A stretch of 64,000 nt of DNA from Mobula birostris (lineage: Eukaryota), in assembly GCF_030028105.1 (NCBI RefSeq), contig NC_092402.1, positions 64,839,110 to 64,903,109 on the forward strand, given 5' to 3'. The translations under genes were made by a program, and so were the position numbers. A model generated the notes under the pieces. The model did no database searches, had not been told where the DNA came from, and worked only from the letters and a program-made list of their open reading frames with translations. This document shows positions 26,405 through 38,700 of the stretch, piece by piece (the stretch's first letter is position 1; each line of letters starts with the position of its first letter).

Positions 26405-26910
26405 GAAATTTTTTTTTCCAAAAATACTTTATTCAGAAATATTACAAAATAATTACATACAAGAAAAAAAACATTCGTTGACTGTGAGTCCTTATTCAAT
26501 AAAGTTATTAACAATAAAAATTTTGCGTTGACTCTCTGTTCATTTACAAATGAAAGATGTTTACAGTAAATCATGCGTTTACTCTCAACCCTTGGTCAAG
26601 AGTTAAGACTTATTAACAATCAACATTTTCAACAATAAAGGCAGGCAATGGCTCTAATACTTTCCCAAATTAACAATTCCACCCACTCCTTGGGCACCAT
26701 GTTGATTATCTGTCCACACCGCTGATGAGGGTAGGTCTCCTCCCCACCGAACCTCTCCCCCTCCTACGGGTGATGAACGTTAAACTGTGGTCTTTCCCCA
26801 CCGGGCCTTCGCGGTGGCTGCACCAAGTTTGAGTGCATCCCTCAGAACGTACTCCTGCAGACGAGAGTGTGCCAGTCGGCAGCATTCAGTCACGGATATC
26901 TCCATCTGCT
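26405..26910 (-). mobile_element. Tx1/L1-like LINE 3' end
   Basis: Reverse complement encodes ECCRLAHSRLQEYVLRDALKLGAATAKARWGKTTV*, followed by AATAAA and poly(A). Confidence 0.65.
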
Positions 26911-27088
26911 ATCCCAATCTATCCAATCTCTCTTTTATAACTAAAATGCTTCATTCCAGGCAACATCCTGGTGACTCTCCTCTGCAATCACATCCTTACT
27001 ATAGTGTGGTGACCAGATTTGCACATACCACTTGAGTTGTTTTCTAACCAATGTTTTACTAAGTTTTACAAAAACTACATTTGCTTTT

Positions 27089-27641
27089 ACATTCAGTGGC
27101 TCCTTTATTAGGTACACCTGTACACCTGCTTGCTAATGAAAATATCCAATCAGCCAATCGTGTGGCAGCAACTCAGTGCATAAAACCACATAGATATGGT
27201 CAAGAGGTTCTGTTGTTGTTCAGACCAAACATCAGAACAGAGAAGAAATGTGATCTTTGACCGTGGAATGATTGTTGGTGCCAGACAGGATGGTTTGAGT
27301 ATCTCAGAAACTGATGATCTCCCAGGATTTTCATGAACGACAATCTCTAGAGTTTGCAGAGAATGGTGTAAAAACACAAAAGCATCCAGTAAATGGCAGT
27401 TCTATGGGCAAAATTATCTTGTTAACGAGAGAGGTCAGAGGAGAATGGTTTAAGCTGACAGAAAGGCGACAGTAACTCAAAGAAACACACGTTATAACAA
27501 TGGCATGCAGAAAAGCATCTCTGAATGCACAACACTTCGAAGTGAAGTGAACGGGCTACAGCAACAGAAGGCCACGAACGTACACTCAGTGGCCACTTTA
27601 TCAGGTACAGGAGGTAGCTAATAAAGTGGCCACTAAATGTA
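27089..27641 (+). mobile_element. Non-autonomous Tc1-like element (same family as 6396-6938)
   Basis: TACATTCAGTGGC...GCCACTAAATGTA TIRs. Confidence 0.8.
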
Positions 27642-27839
27642 CATGCCCTTTATGGCTGTAGCGGGACTTCTCTACTTCTGTACATCCTTCTATATGTCTA
27701 CAATCCAGACCAAACCCCAAGTTTTCTTTTAATTACTTATGGTACCTGCCTGCCCGCTTGTAACTCCGTGATTCATCTCCAAGGACACGCGATTCTCATT
27801 ATACAGCAACAGTCTGTACTCTTGCTCCATCTTGCTCCA

Positions 27840-28200
27840 GAAACATTTCGAATGTTGAAAGGGTTGGACAGAGTGGATGTGGAAAGGTTGTTTCCCTTGG
27901 TGGGTGAGTCCAGGACAAGAGGCCATAGTCTTAGAATTAGAGGGTACCCAGTTAAAACAGGGATGAGGAGAAATTTTTTTAGCCAGACGGTCCTGGATTT
28001 GTGGAATTCGTTGCCACATACAGCTGTGGAGGCCCGATCATTGAAGGTGTTTAAGGAGGAGATTGACAGGTATCTAATTAGTCAGGGTATCAAGGGATAT
28101 GGGGAAAAAGCCGGAAATTGGAACTAGATGGGTGAATAGTTTAGCTCATGGGGGAGCTGCGGGGCTCCTTTGTCTTGTGATCTTGTGATCTTGTGATTTA
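27840..28200 (+). mobile_element. CR1 3' end
   Basis: [17 protein letters not shown]; (TCTTGTGA)n tail. Confidence 0.85.
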
Positions 28201-30056
28201 AGCAATATTCTGATTTTCTGCTCTTCCTGTCCATTTGGATAGCCTCACATTTCCCTACATTATACTCAGTCAGCCAAGATTTTACTAACTTACCCTTTTG
28301 TACTCTGCTCACAACTGGTTTTCTCACTCATCTTTATATCATCAGCAAATTTGGCTATCATATACTTGGTTATCTTCGTCTATTGACTTAAATTTTAAAT
28401 TGTTGAAGTTCCAGCTCCTCACTCTTTCGTCAACCTTAAAACAACCTAGTTATCCTTACTCTCTTTTCCTTGTGATTTAGTCAATCCTTTATCGATGCTA
28501 AAGTGTATTGTCCCCAAACAGTAGCCTGGATATAGGGTGCAAGTTGAATCAAGAGCTAAGATTGGCATGTTGCAAAGGTAATTCTACGGTTGTTATGGGG
28601 GATTTCAACATGCAGGTAGACTGGGAAAATCAGGTTGGTCCAGACCCCAAGAAAGGGAGTTTGTGGAGTGCGTCTGAGATGGATTCTGAGAGTAGCTTGT
28701 ACTGGAACCTACCAGGGAGAAGGCAATTCCGGATTTAGTGTTATGTAATGAACCGGAATTGATAAGGGAACTCGAGGTAAAGGAGCCATTAGGAGGTAGT
28801 GACCATAATATGATAAGTTTTAATCTACAATTTGAGAGGGAGAAGGGAAAATCGGAAGTGTCAGTATTACAGTTGAACAAAGGGGACTATGAACACATGA
28901 GAGAGGAGCTGGTCAAAGTTGACTGGAAAGATACCCGAGCAGGGATGACAGTGGAACAACAATGGCAGGTATTTCTGGGAATAATACAGAAGGTGCAGGA
29001 TCAGTTCATTCCAAAGAAGAAGAAAGATTCTAAGGGGAGTAAGGGGCGACCGTGGCTGACAAGGAAAGTCAAGGATAGTATAAAAATAAAAGAGAAGAAG
29101 TATAACATAGCAAAGATGAGCGGGAAGCCAGAGGATTGGGAAACTTTTAAAGAGCAACAGAGGATAACTAAAAAGGCAATACGCGGAGAAAAAATGAGGT
29201 ACGAAGGTAAACTAGCCAAGAATATAAAGGAGGATAGTAAAAGCTTCTTTAGGTATGTGAAAAGGAAAAAAATAGTTAAGACCAAAATTGGGCCCTTGAA
29301 GACAGAAGCAGGTGAATTTATTATGGGGAACAAGGAAATGGCAGACGAGTTGAACAGGTACTTTGGATCTGTCTTCACTAGAGAAGACACAAACAATCTC
29401 CCAGATGTAATAGTGGCCAAAGGACCTAGGGTAACGGAGGAACTGAAGGAGATTCACATTAGGAAGAAAATGGTGTTGGATAGACTGATGGGACTGAAGG
29501 CTGATAAATCCCCAGGACCCGATGATCTGCATCCCAGGGTCCTTAAGGAGGTGGCTCTAGAAATCGTGGACACATTGGTAATTATTTTCCAATGTTCTAT
29601 AGATTCAGGATCAGTTCCTGAGGACTGATGTTATTCCACTTTTTAAGAAAGAAGGGAGAGAAAACAGGGAATTATAGACCAGCTAGCCTGACATCAGTAG
29701 TGGAGAAGATGCTAGAGTCAATTGTAAAGGATGCAGGTCGTGCATGCAGCCTGTTACAGTTGCTCCAACTAGTTTTCTTACTTTTTTCTTCTTACTTTCT
29801 TAACTTACGTTACTTGTTGTATTTTTTTTTCACGGTAACGCGTTGAAGCTGCACCCTCTCTAACATGCTGGTGGAGAGAGTTTTATTTGGGTTTTTAGCG
29901 CTGGAAATAGTTACATTCAGACACGTTTCATTAGCGGGGCAGCAGTATGGTCACATTCAAACAACAGGAATTCTGCAGATGCTGGAAATTCAAGCAACAC
30001 ACATCAAAGTTGCTGGTGAACGCAGCAGGCCAGGCAGCATCTGTAGGAAGAGGTGC

Positions 30057-30092
30057 AGTCGACGTTTCAGGCTGAGACCCTTCGTCAGGACT
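30057..30092 (-). ncRNA. Minimal type I hammerhead ribozyme
   Basis: Reverse complement AGTC-CTGACGA-AGGGTCTCAGCCT-GAAA-CGTC-GACT; intact core, GUC cleavage triplet. Confidence 0.75.
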
Positions 30093-32020
30093 AACTGAAG
30101 GAAGAGTGAGTAAGGGATTTGAAAGTTGGAGGGTGAGGGGGAGATCCAAAATGATAGGAGAAGACAGGAGGGGGAGGGTTAGAGTCAAGAGCTGGACAGG
30201 TGATAGGCAAAAGGGGATACGAGAAGATCATGGGACAGGAGGTCTGGGAAGAAAGACAAGGTGGGGGGGAACCCAGAGGATGGGCAAGAGGTATATTCAG
30301 AGGGACAGAGGGAGAAAAAGGAGAGTGAGAGAAAGAATATGTGCATAAAAATAAGTAACAGATGGGGTACGAGGGGGAGGTGGGGCCTTAGCGGAAGATA
30401 GAGAAGTCGATGTTCATGCCATCAGGTTGGAGGCTACCCAGACAGAATATAGGGTGTTGTTCCTCCAACCTGAGTGTGGCTTCATCTTTACAATAGAGGA
30501 GGCCGTGGATAGACATGTCAGAATGGGAATGGGATGTGGACATCAGTGGATAAGCTGTCTCCAGAGACAGAGACAGAAAGATCTAGAAAGGGGAGGGAGG
30601 TGTCGGAAATGGACCAGGTAAACTTGAGGGCAGGGTGAAAGTTGGAGGCAAAGTTAATAAAGTCAATGAGTTCTGCATGCGTGCAGGAAGCAGCGCCAAT
30701 GCAGTCGTCGATGTAGCGAAGGAAAAGTGGGGGACAGATACCAGAATAGGCACGGAACATAGATTGCTCCACAAACCCAACAAAAAGGCAGGCATAGCTA
30801 GGACCCATACTATAAGCCTACTGACTCTCACAGTTACTATAAGTCTACTGACTCTCACAGCTATCTGGACTATTCCTCTTCTCACCCTGTCTCTTGCAAA
30901 AATGCCATCCCCTTCTCGCATTTCCTCCGTCTCCGCCGCATCTGCTCTCAGGATGAGGCTTTTCATTCCAGGACGAGGGAGATGTCTTCCTTTTTTAAAG
31001 AAAGGGGCTTCCCTTCCTCCACTATCAACTCTGCTCTCAAACGCATCTCCCCCATTTCACGCACATCTGCTCTCACTCCATCCTCCCGCCACCCCACTAG
31101 GAATAGAGCTCCCCTGGTCCTCACCTACCACCCCACCAGCCTCCAGGTCCAACATATTATTCTCCGTAACTTCCGCCAACTCCGACGGGATCCCACCACT
31201 AAGCACATCTTTCCCTCCCCCGCCTCTCTGCTTTCTGCAGGGATCGCTCCATACGCGACCCCTTTGTCCATTCGTCCCCCCCACCCCTCCCCACTGATCT
31301 CCCTCCTGGCACTTATCCTTGTAAGCGGAACAAGTGCTACACGTGCCCTTACACTTCCTCCCTTACCACCATTCAGGGCCACAGACAGTCCTTCCAGGTG
31401 AGGTGACACTTCACCTGTGAGTCGGCTGGGGTGATATACTGCATCTGGTGCTCCCGATGTGGCCTTCTATATATTGGCCAGACCCGAAGCAGACTGGGAG
31501 ACCGCTTTGCTGAACACCTATGCTCTGTCCGCCAGAGAAAGCAGGATCTCCCAGTGGCCACACATTTTAATTCCACATCTCATTCCCATTCTGACATGTC
31601 TATCCACGGCCTCCTCTACTGTAAAGATGAAGCCACACTCAGGTTGGAGGAACAGCACCTTATATTCCGTCTGGGTAGCCTCCAACCTGATGGCATGAAC
31701 ATCGACTTCTCTAACTTCCGCTAAGGCCCCACCTCCCCCTCGTACCCCATCTGTTACTTATTTTTATACACACATTCTTTCTCTCACTCTCGTTTTTCTC
31801 CCTCTGTCCCTCTGAATATACCTCTTGCCCATCCTCTGGGTACCCCCCCCCCGCTTGTCTTTCTTCCCGGACCTCCTGTCCCATGATCCTCTCATATCCC
31901 TTTTGCCTATCACCTGTCCAGCTCTTGGCTCCATCCCTCCCCCTCCTGTCTTCTCCTATCATTTTGGATCTCCCCCTCACCCTCCAACTTTCAAATCCCT
32001 TACTCACTCTTCCTTCAGTT

Positions 32021-32056
32021 AGTCCTGACGAAGGGTCTCGGCCTGAAACGTCGACT
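32021..32056 (+). ncRNA. Minimal type I hammerhead ribozyme
   Basis: AGTC-CTGACGA-AGGGTCTCGGCCT-GAAA-CGTC-GACT; palindromic ACGT stem III. Confidence 0.78.
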
Positions 32057-35000
32057 GCACCTCTTCCTACAGATGCTGCCTGGCCTGCTGCGTTCACCAG
32101 CAACTTTGATGTGTGTTATTAGTATGGTCGCATTGTTTATTCTAGGGACCAGCTGCTTGCGCTTATGCCGGCCGGTTTAGTGAACAGGGCGGCGGACACC
32201 CCTGCTGAAATCTGGAGGAAAACACACAGAGGATGCAGAGGGGGATCACAAAGGCGAGGAAAGAGGACCGGGTCGAGAGAACAGAGACTTATGGAGAAGA
32301 GGAGTTATAAGCCGTGTCTTCCCTCTCTCATTATGGGCAATGTGAGGTCGCTGGGTAATAAAATGGACGAGTGGACGGCGCTAGCCAGGCGTCAGAGAAC
32401 ATTTCGGGAGAGCAGTGTTATGTGCTTTACTGAAACGTGGCTGCACGTGGACATACCCAATCAAAACATTTCCATGGAGGGCTTCCAGACCGTTTGGGCT
32501 GACCGGAGGTGCGCTGAGAGCAGTAAGCGTAAAGGAGTTGGGGGCTTGCTGTTCTGGTTAACAACGGATGGTGCAATCCTGGTCATATTACAATCAAGGA
32601 ACGTGTTTGTAGCCCGGATATTGAACTTTTTGCTGTTGGACTCCGGCCATATTCCACCGAGATGCAACACTGGGCATCATGGGAGGTTGTTCCTGCCTCT
32701 GGCCATCGGACTTTGCAGCTCCTCCCGTGGAGGGTCAGACACCCTGAGCCAATGGGCTGGTCCTGGACTTATTTCCATCTGGCATAGTTTGCATATTGTT
32801 GTTTGATTGTTTGTGGTTTTGTATTGCTATATTTATGCTCTATTCTTGGTTGGCGCAGCTGTAATGAAACCCAATTTCCTTCGGGATCAATAAAGTATGT
32901 CTATGTCTATGTCTATGTCTAAATAGCAGCACATTTGGATGGCAGTAACAGGATCGGTCAGAGTCAGCATGGATCTACGAAGGGGAAATCATGCTTGACT
33001 AATCTTCTGGAATTTTTTGAGGATGTAACTATGAAAATGGACAAAGGAAAGCCAGTGAATGTAGTGTACCTGGACTTTCAGAAAGCCTTTGACAAGGTCC
33101 CACATGGGAGATTAGTGGGCAAAATTAGAGCACGTGGTATTGGGGGTAGGGTACTGACATGGATAGAAAATTGGTCGGCAGACAGGAAACAAAGAGTAGG
33201 GATTAACGGGTCCCTTTCAGAATGGCAGGCGGTGACTAGTGGGGTACCGCAGGGTTCAGTGCTGGGACCGCAGCTGTTTACAATATATATTAATGATTTA
33301 GATGAAGGGATTAAAAGTAACATTAGCAAATTTGCAGATGACACAAAGCTGGGTGGCAGTGTGAAATGTGAGGAGGATGTTATGAGAATGCAGGGTGACT
33401 TGGACAGGCTGGGTGAGTGGGCAGATGCATGGCAAATGCAGTTTAATGTGGATAAATGTGAGGTTGTCCACTTTGGTGGCAAGAACAGGAAAAGGGGAAC
33501 TACAACGAGATCTTGGTGTCCTTGTTCATCAGTCATTGAAAGTAAGCATGCAAGTACAGCAGGCAGTGAAGAAAGCTAATGGCATGTTGGCCTTCATAAC
33601 AAGGGGAGTTGAGTATAGAAGCAAAGAGGTCCTTCTGCAGTTGTACAGGGCCCTAGTGAGACCACACCTGGAGTATTGTGTACAGTTTTGGTCTACAAAT
33701 TTGAGGAAGGATATTCTTGCTATTGAGGGAGTGCAGCGTAGGTTCACAAGGTTAATTCCCGGGATGGCGGGACTGTTATATGTTGAAAGGTTGGAGCGAC
33801 TGGGGTTGTATACTCTGGAATTTAGAAGGATGAGAGGGGATCTGATTGAAACATATAAGATTATTAAGGGATTGGGCACGCTAGAAGCAGGAATCATGTT
33901 CCCAATGTTGGGGGAGTCCAGAACCAGAGGCCATAATTTGAGAATAGGGGGTAGGCCATTTGGAACGGAGTTGAGGAAAAACTTTTTCACCGAGAGTTGT
34001 GGATCTGTGGAATGCTCTGCCTCAGAAGGCAGTGGAGGCCAATTCTCTGGATGCTTTCAAGAAAGATTTAGATAGAGCTCTTAATGATAGTGGAGTCAAG
34101 GGATATGGGGAAAAGGCAGGAACAAGGTACTGATTGTGGATGATCAGCCATGATCACAGTGAATGTCAGTGCTGGCTCAAAGGGCCGAATGGCCTACTCC
34201 TGCACCTATTGTCTATTGTCCCCAGTTAGCCCAGAACATCATTTCCCTCCATGGATACAACCTGACCTGCTGAGTTCCTCCAGCATTTTCCATGTGCTGC
34301 ACCTATTCCTGTCTGAATGAGAAACCTTTAATTGTTAGAAAGAGATGCTTTGAGGTTTCTTTAAATATAATTGAACACCAAAATCTTTAAAATATTATCA
34401 AAAGTGTTATCAATACAAGTCACATCTTCTTCCGCAAGGCCTATGGAAGTTTAGTTAATGATTATATTCAAGACAAAGGTCCATTCATTTTTGGATGTTA
34501 AAGAATCTAGGATTACAGCGCAGAGATGTGGTACAGAGGTATATGATTGACCATCATGTTACTGAGTGATGGAACAAGTGTGAGAAACTAAAGAACCCAA
34601 TCCCACTCATATTTTCTATTCAAACTTTACTACCACATTCCGTGTATTTTTCTTGAGGAGAGAGAACCAGGTAGCTTTGCTTTCTATGAACTGTAATCTG
34701 AGAATGATATTGATGTTCATGGGTGTTTACAGTATGGCTTTAACCTTGTTTCTTCAAGTAAACTAAGAACCCTCAAACCCTTTACTGTTTGGTTTCTAAC
34801 ATAATGACAGCCATATAAAGAACATTCCAGGAATCATTGAATAAAAGAAATATATGTATATACTAATTATGAGGTGAAAAATCAGAAATTGTGACACATG
34901 TTAAAGGTGAGCTACAATCTAAAATGGGAGCTGAAAAAAACAGGAAAAAAAAACAATTTTGCTCTGCATGATTTTCAGTTCAGGAAATGTGGTAAATAAA

Positions 35001-35599
35001 AAAAAACAAATTTTGATTGAAGAAAAGACATCTTTCATGTTTGATTGAAAATGATGTGAGCAATAAGGAGATAAAGAATCATGAAACAGATCCATTTGAA
35101 GGTAGTCTTGTTTATTTCTTATTTTAAAGCAACCAACAATTCAAGTGATAACATATTGAAAAGTTTATTCTGAAACCTACCCCTACACATTTGCATCTTG
35201 TTGTCAATCTCTCAGAACCAAAGTGACAGCAAGCCAAGCATTTACTGAATCATTCACATCTTAACACCATAATATACCGTTTCTTAGCTATTCAAAATTT
35301 CATCCAGTATATTGTTACTGAAATTACATTGCACAATTCATGTGAATCTATTGGTTTGTATAGCCTGTGTTTATCTAATAGATTGATCAGTAATGAAGAA
35401 TATCAGCATATTGGACCAGTCACTCCCTAACAGAGATCTCAAGACATATGCAAGGGATTTTACAGTGCCAGCATTTAAAAAATGAACAATTCTCTAAATA
35501 TGCAAAGCTAGAATTAACAGAACTGAACTCTCAAATAAAGATGGCAAATGAACAAGAGAAGGAAATAAAATGGTTTAGTTGCTCAAGACTCATAATTCA

Positions 35600-35757
35600 T
35601 TATTGCAAAGCACTTATTGTTGATGAAACTGTAACACCATCCAACTGCTCCACTGTTTTCACCAGTATGTTCTTAGAGGATTCTGTTCGTTGTCCTGCGA
35701 TGCGAGACGTTTCCATTGCACCCAGACCACTCTGATAGGCGGAGTTGCCATAGTTAC
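35600..35757 (-). CDS. Gene A exon 9 (tail type A)
   Basis: TAG acceptor, phase 1; [52 protein letters not shown]; AATAAA on the minus strand at 35164-35169. Confidence 0.87.
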
Positions 35758-38700
35758 CTATATTTTAAAAATTCAAATTTAACACTTATGATTCTTTCAT
35801 GAAAATTATTCAATATCCTTCATACATTTGGAACAGCACTTTGAAAACTGCAAAGAACTTATCCAAAACAGTATGAGAAGAAATGGCTTCTTCAGCCATC
35901 GCTAAACAGTTGATCTTGTCATTAAGTATAACTGCGTTAATAATAGGGTAGCACAGTAGTCTAGTAGCTAGCGCAATCAGTGCCAGCTCTCACTGATCGG
36001 GGCTCAATTCCCATTGCTGTAAGGAGTTTGTACGTTCTCTCTGTGATGCTAATGGCTTTCCATCTGGAATCCTGGGTTTCTCCCACACATTACAGTTGGA
36101 GTTAGTAAGTTGTTGGCGTGGCATGTGGGTGCCAGATGTGATGTGATTTGATGTGATTTGACACAAACGATGCATTTCTCTCTGTTTTGATGTATATGTG
36201 ACAAATACAGCTTATTTTTAAGGTTCAAAGGTTTACGTGATATTTCCTTCAAGGGCGCTGAATTAAAATTTCAGACTCCTGTATGTACAGAATTTTTATC
36301 TGTTTTAATAATAATTGATAAAAGAAGCTAGACAATGCTGGAAATACTGATCAGAACCAGAAACCTCTGAAAAATAGAACATAATGAGTTCAAGATTGAA
36401 AAACAATCAATCAGTATTCACAACTAATTGAAAGGTGAAAATGTGAAATGCCAGCCTTTCTTTTCTCATTACAACTGAGGAGTGATCAAAGTCCAACCAA
36501 AAATTGCCATTTTTCATTTTGCGGTTTGTGTTTTGGTCAGTAGTTAAAATTTCAAGCAAGGATTATACGTTCTCTTACCTTGCTGTGAAACTTGTTGGAC
36601 GCTGAGGGTTTTGACGCCTTCTACCATCCTGTTGATAAAGGAAACACTTGTGTAACAACAGCCATTTCTAGGATGTTCAGAAATATATCTTTTTCAAGTT
36701 ACCAAGGGTTTCCTTCTGAAAGCAGCAATGAGCTGCATGGGTGAAGTTGACGGGCACATTGACTCTGTCGAGCCTTGCCCGAGACACTGATTCTGTAAGT
36801 TCGAGTGCTGCCGGTGAGCAGCAGTAGCCTCGTCAGTGTGCGCAGGGAGCTATTTGTCAGCCTGCTTATGTTGTACAGTGCTTCATCCACTGCAGCATCA
36901 GGGGAGAGTTCACCTAGTGGTGACTGAATCACTGACTAGATGTTCATTCGGAGACTGAGTCGGATGTATTTCTGGGGTCAGATGAAAACCAGCCTTTAAA
37001 CAAAAGTAAGTGCCACTCCCTGGACCAAATGCCCCATTAAAGACAAAGACTCTAGTAATGAAGAGTGCAATAAAGAGCCCGTACAGATTGTAATCTGCAA
37101 GTACGCAGGACTGTGGCATAAACCCAGTGTGATATCTGGAACTTGGAAAAGACCAAAGCCCTACCTGATTTCCTCTTGCGCCAGTAGTTTACTGTAGGTG
37201 TTAATTTCGATATCCAGAGCCAACTTGACATTTATCAGCTCGTCGATTTCACGAGTTTGCTTGGCAATCTCCTGTTTTGCTTTCCTGATGGCTTCTTGCA
37301 GATCAACGATATTTTGTTTACTGTCTTTGAGAGACATCTCGCCACGTTCCTCGGCTTCAGCGATCGCAGCCTCCAGTTTCAAACGCTGAGACACACAGAG
37401 GTTAGTGTGGACATTTTTGCAGATTATAACTTGAAGCCTTGCCAACATCCCCACCCTGCTATCGGAAAGAGCCATACTGAGAGTAGAGTATTGCAGATTG
37501 GCTTAGCAGTAATCGAGTTCACAAGGGTTACAGTGGAAGGAACCAGCCAGGTTGTTACTACTGAAAGTTCCCCAGTGTATGATTTAGCTCAGATTGACCT
37601 GGTGTTTCAGCTGTCTCTTGATCATTTGCTTTGGGCTGGGAAGAGAAAAGTGCAGATGCAAGAGACTGCAGATGCTGCAATCTGGAGTAAGAAAATAGCA
37701 GAACTACTGCACAAGATCAGCCAGTGAAGTAGCATCTGTGAAGGCAAAAAGAATTATTGACCATTTGGGTCGGGTCGCTGCATTAGGACTCGGGACTTGA
37801 GAGGAAAGACAGTTTGCTACCGTCGTTAGGCCGCAACCAAGATCTCTTGTTTGCTTTCACTTCCTGACTTACCTGCTGCTTTAGATACTCGATGTCCCCA
37901 GTCAGCTTACGGATGCGACTCTGCAGATCATTACACTCCGATTTGATCACTCGCACTTCTTCCGCATGACCTCCAGGCATTGTGCTGAGTTCCACCATCT
38001 GCAAGGAGACACTGGTAGACGTTAGTAAGGGTTTCTCCTCCCAGCACAGAGGTCAGAGCTATCAATGCACTTCTACGTGGGGCTGGAGCTGGAGCTCACC
38101 TTCGCCTTTTTCCAGTTCTCAGCATCATCACGGCTTTTATCTGCCATACTTTGGTATTGGGCCTTGACTTCACTGATGATCTGGTCTATGTTCAGGTTGC
38201 GGCTAGTGTCCACCTGCACGCTGACAGCAGTGTTCTGAATCTGTGACTCCAGCTCACGGATTTCCTAAAGATGGGCAGAGCAAAACTAATGTAAGGAGAT
38301 TGAATTGAACAGCAAAAGGACCAGAAGGCTCTTGCACCATGTAGCATATTTACCTCTTGGAAGATTGTCTTCAGGAATTCAATTTCATCAGTCAGGCTTT
38401 CTAGTTTTGCTTCCAATTCCACCTTGTTCATGTAGGATTCATCAACATCCTGGAGAGAGTAGGGCACAAGGTTTGTAAATCTATTGAAGACCACTGATAT
38501 GGTCCTACAGAGAGCTAGAAAGTAGTGCTCACCTTCTTCACCATGACAAACTCGTTTTCCATTTCAGTTCTCCTGTTAATTTCATCTTCGTATCTGAAAT
38601 GAACCACTGACGTTACTGGCAAACCCTTGGAAATCAACATTTCTGTCCCATTTCTTCGACAGGGCCATGCTGGTTGTCGGAACTCCTTGCTCCCTGGTGC

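Larger units (their letters stand above)
29958..32120. mobile_element. Penelope-like element with inverted architecture
   Basis: Minus-strand 3' end 29958-30538, minus-strand RT with YIDD 30539-30809, plus-strand RT C-terminus + GIY-YIG 30810-32120; 14-bp TSD AGTATGGTC(A/G)CATT at 29944-29957 and 32121-32134. Confidence 0.9.
29734..32920 (+). mobile_element. Internally deleted Rex1-like LINE (5' UTR + APE N-terminus fused to 3' end), itself split by a Penelope-like element
   Basis: PSLIMGNVRSLGNKMDE, MCFTETWL; jumps at ~32650 to a 3' end homologous to 20200-20450; (CTATGT)n tail. Confidence 0.8.
28520..34220 (+). mobile_element. CR1 LINE ORF2 (endonuclease end to 3' UTR), split by a nested insertion at 29734-32920
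   Basis: GGSDHN, 296-aa ORF, KSPGPD, NYRP.SLTS, ESIVKD|EIAAHLDG continuity, FADDTKL; CTATTGT tail. Confidence 0.9.

Noticed and set aside
28738-29628. Longest ORF in the window (296 aa)
   Set aside because: It is part of CR1 ORF2, followed by a stop, frameshift and nested insertions, so it is neither a host gene nor an active element.
37257-37727. 156-aa antisense ORF over exon 7 and intron 6 of A (and of B)
   Set aside because: Shadow frame with no recognisable domain; it recurs only because of the duplication.
38192-38494. ORF reading through intron 4 of A/B
   Set aside because: The intron is 89 nt, so retention frameshifts exon 5 and terminates, unlike intron 1.
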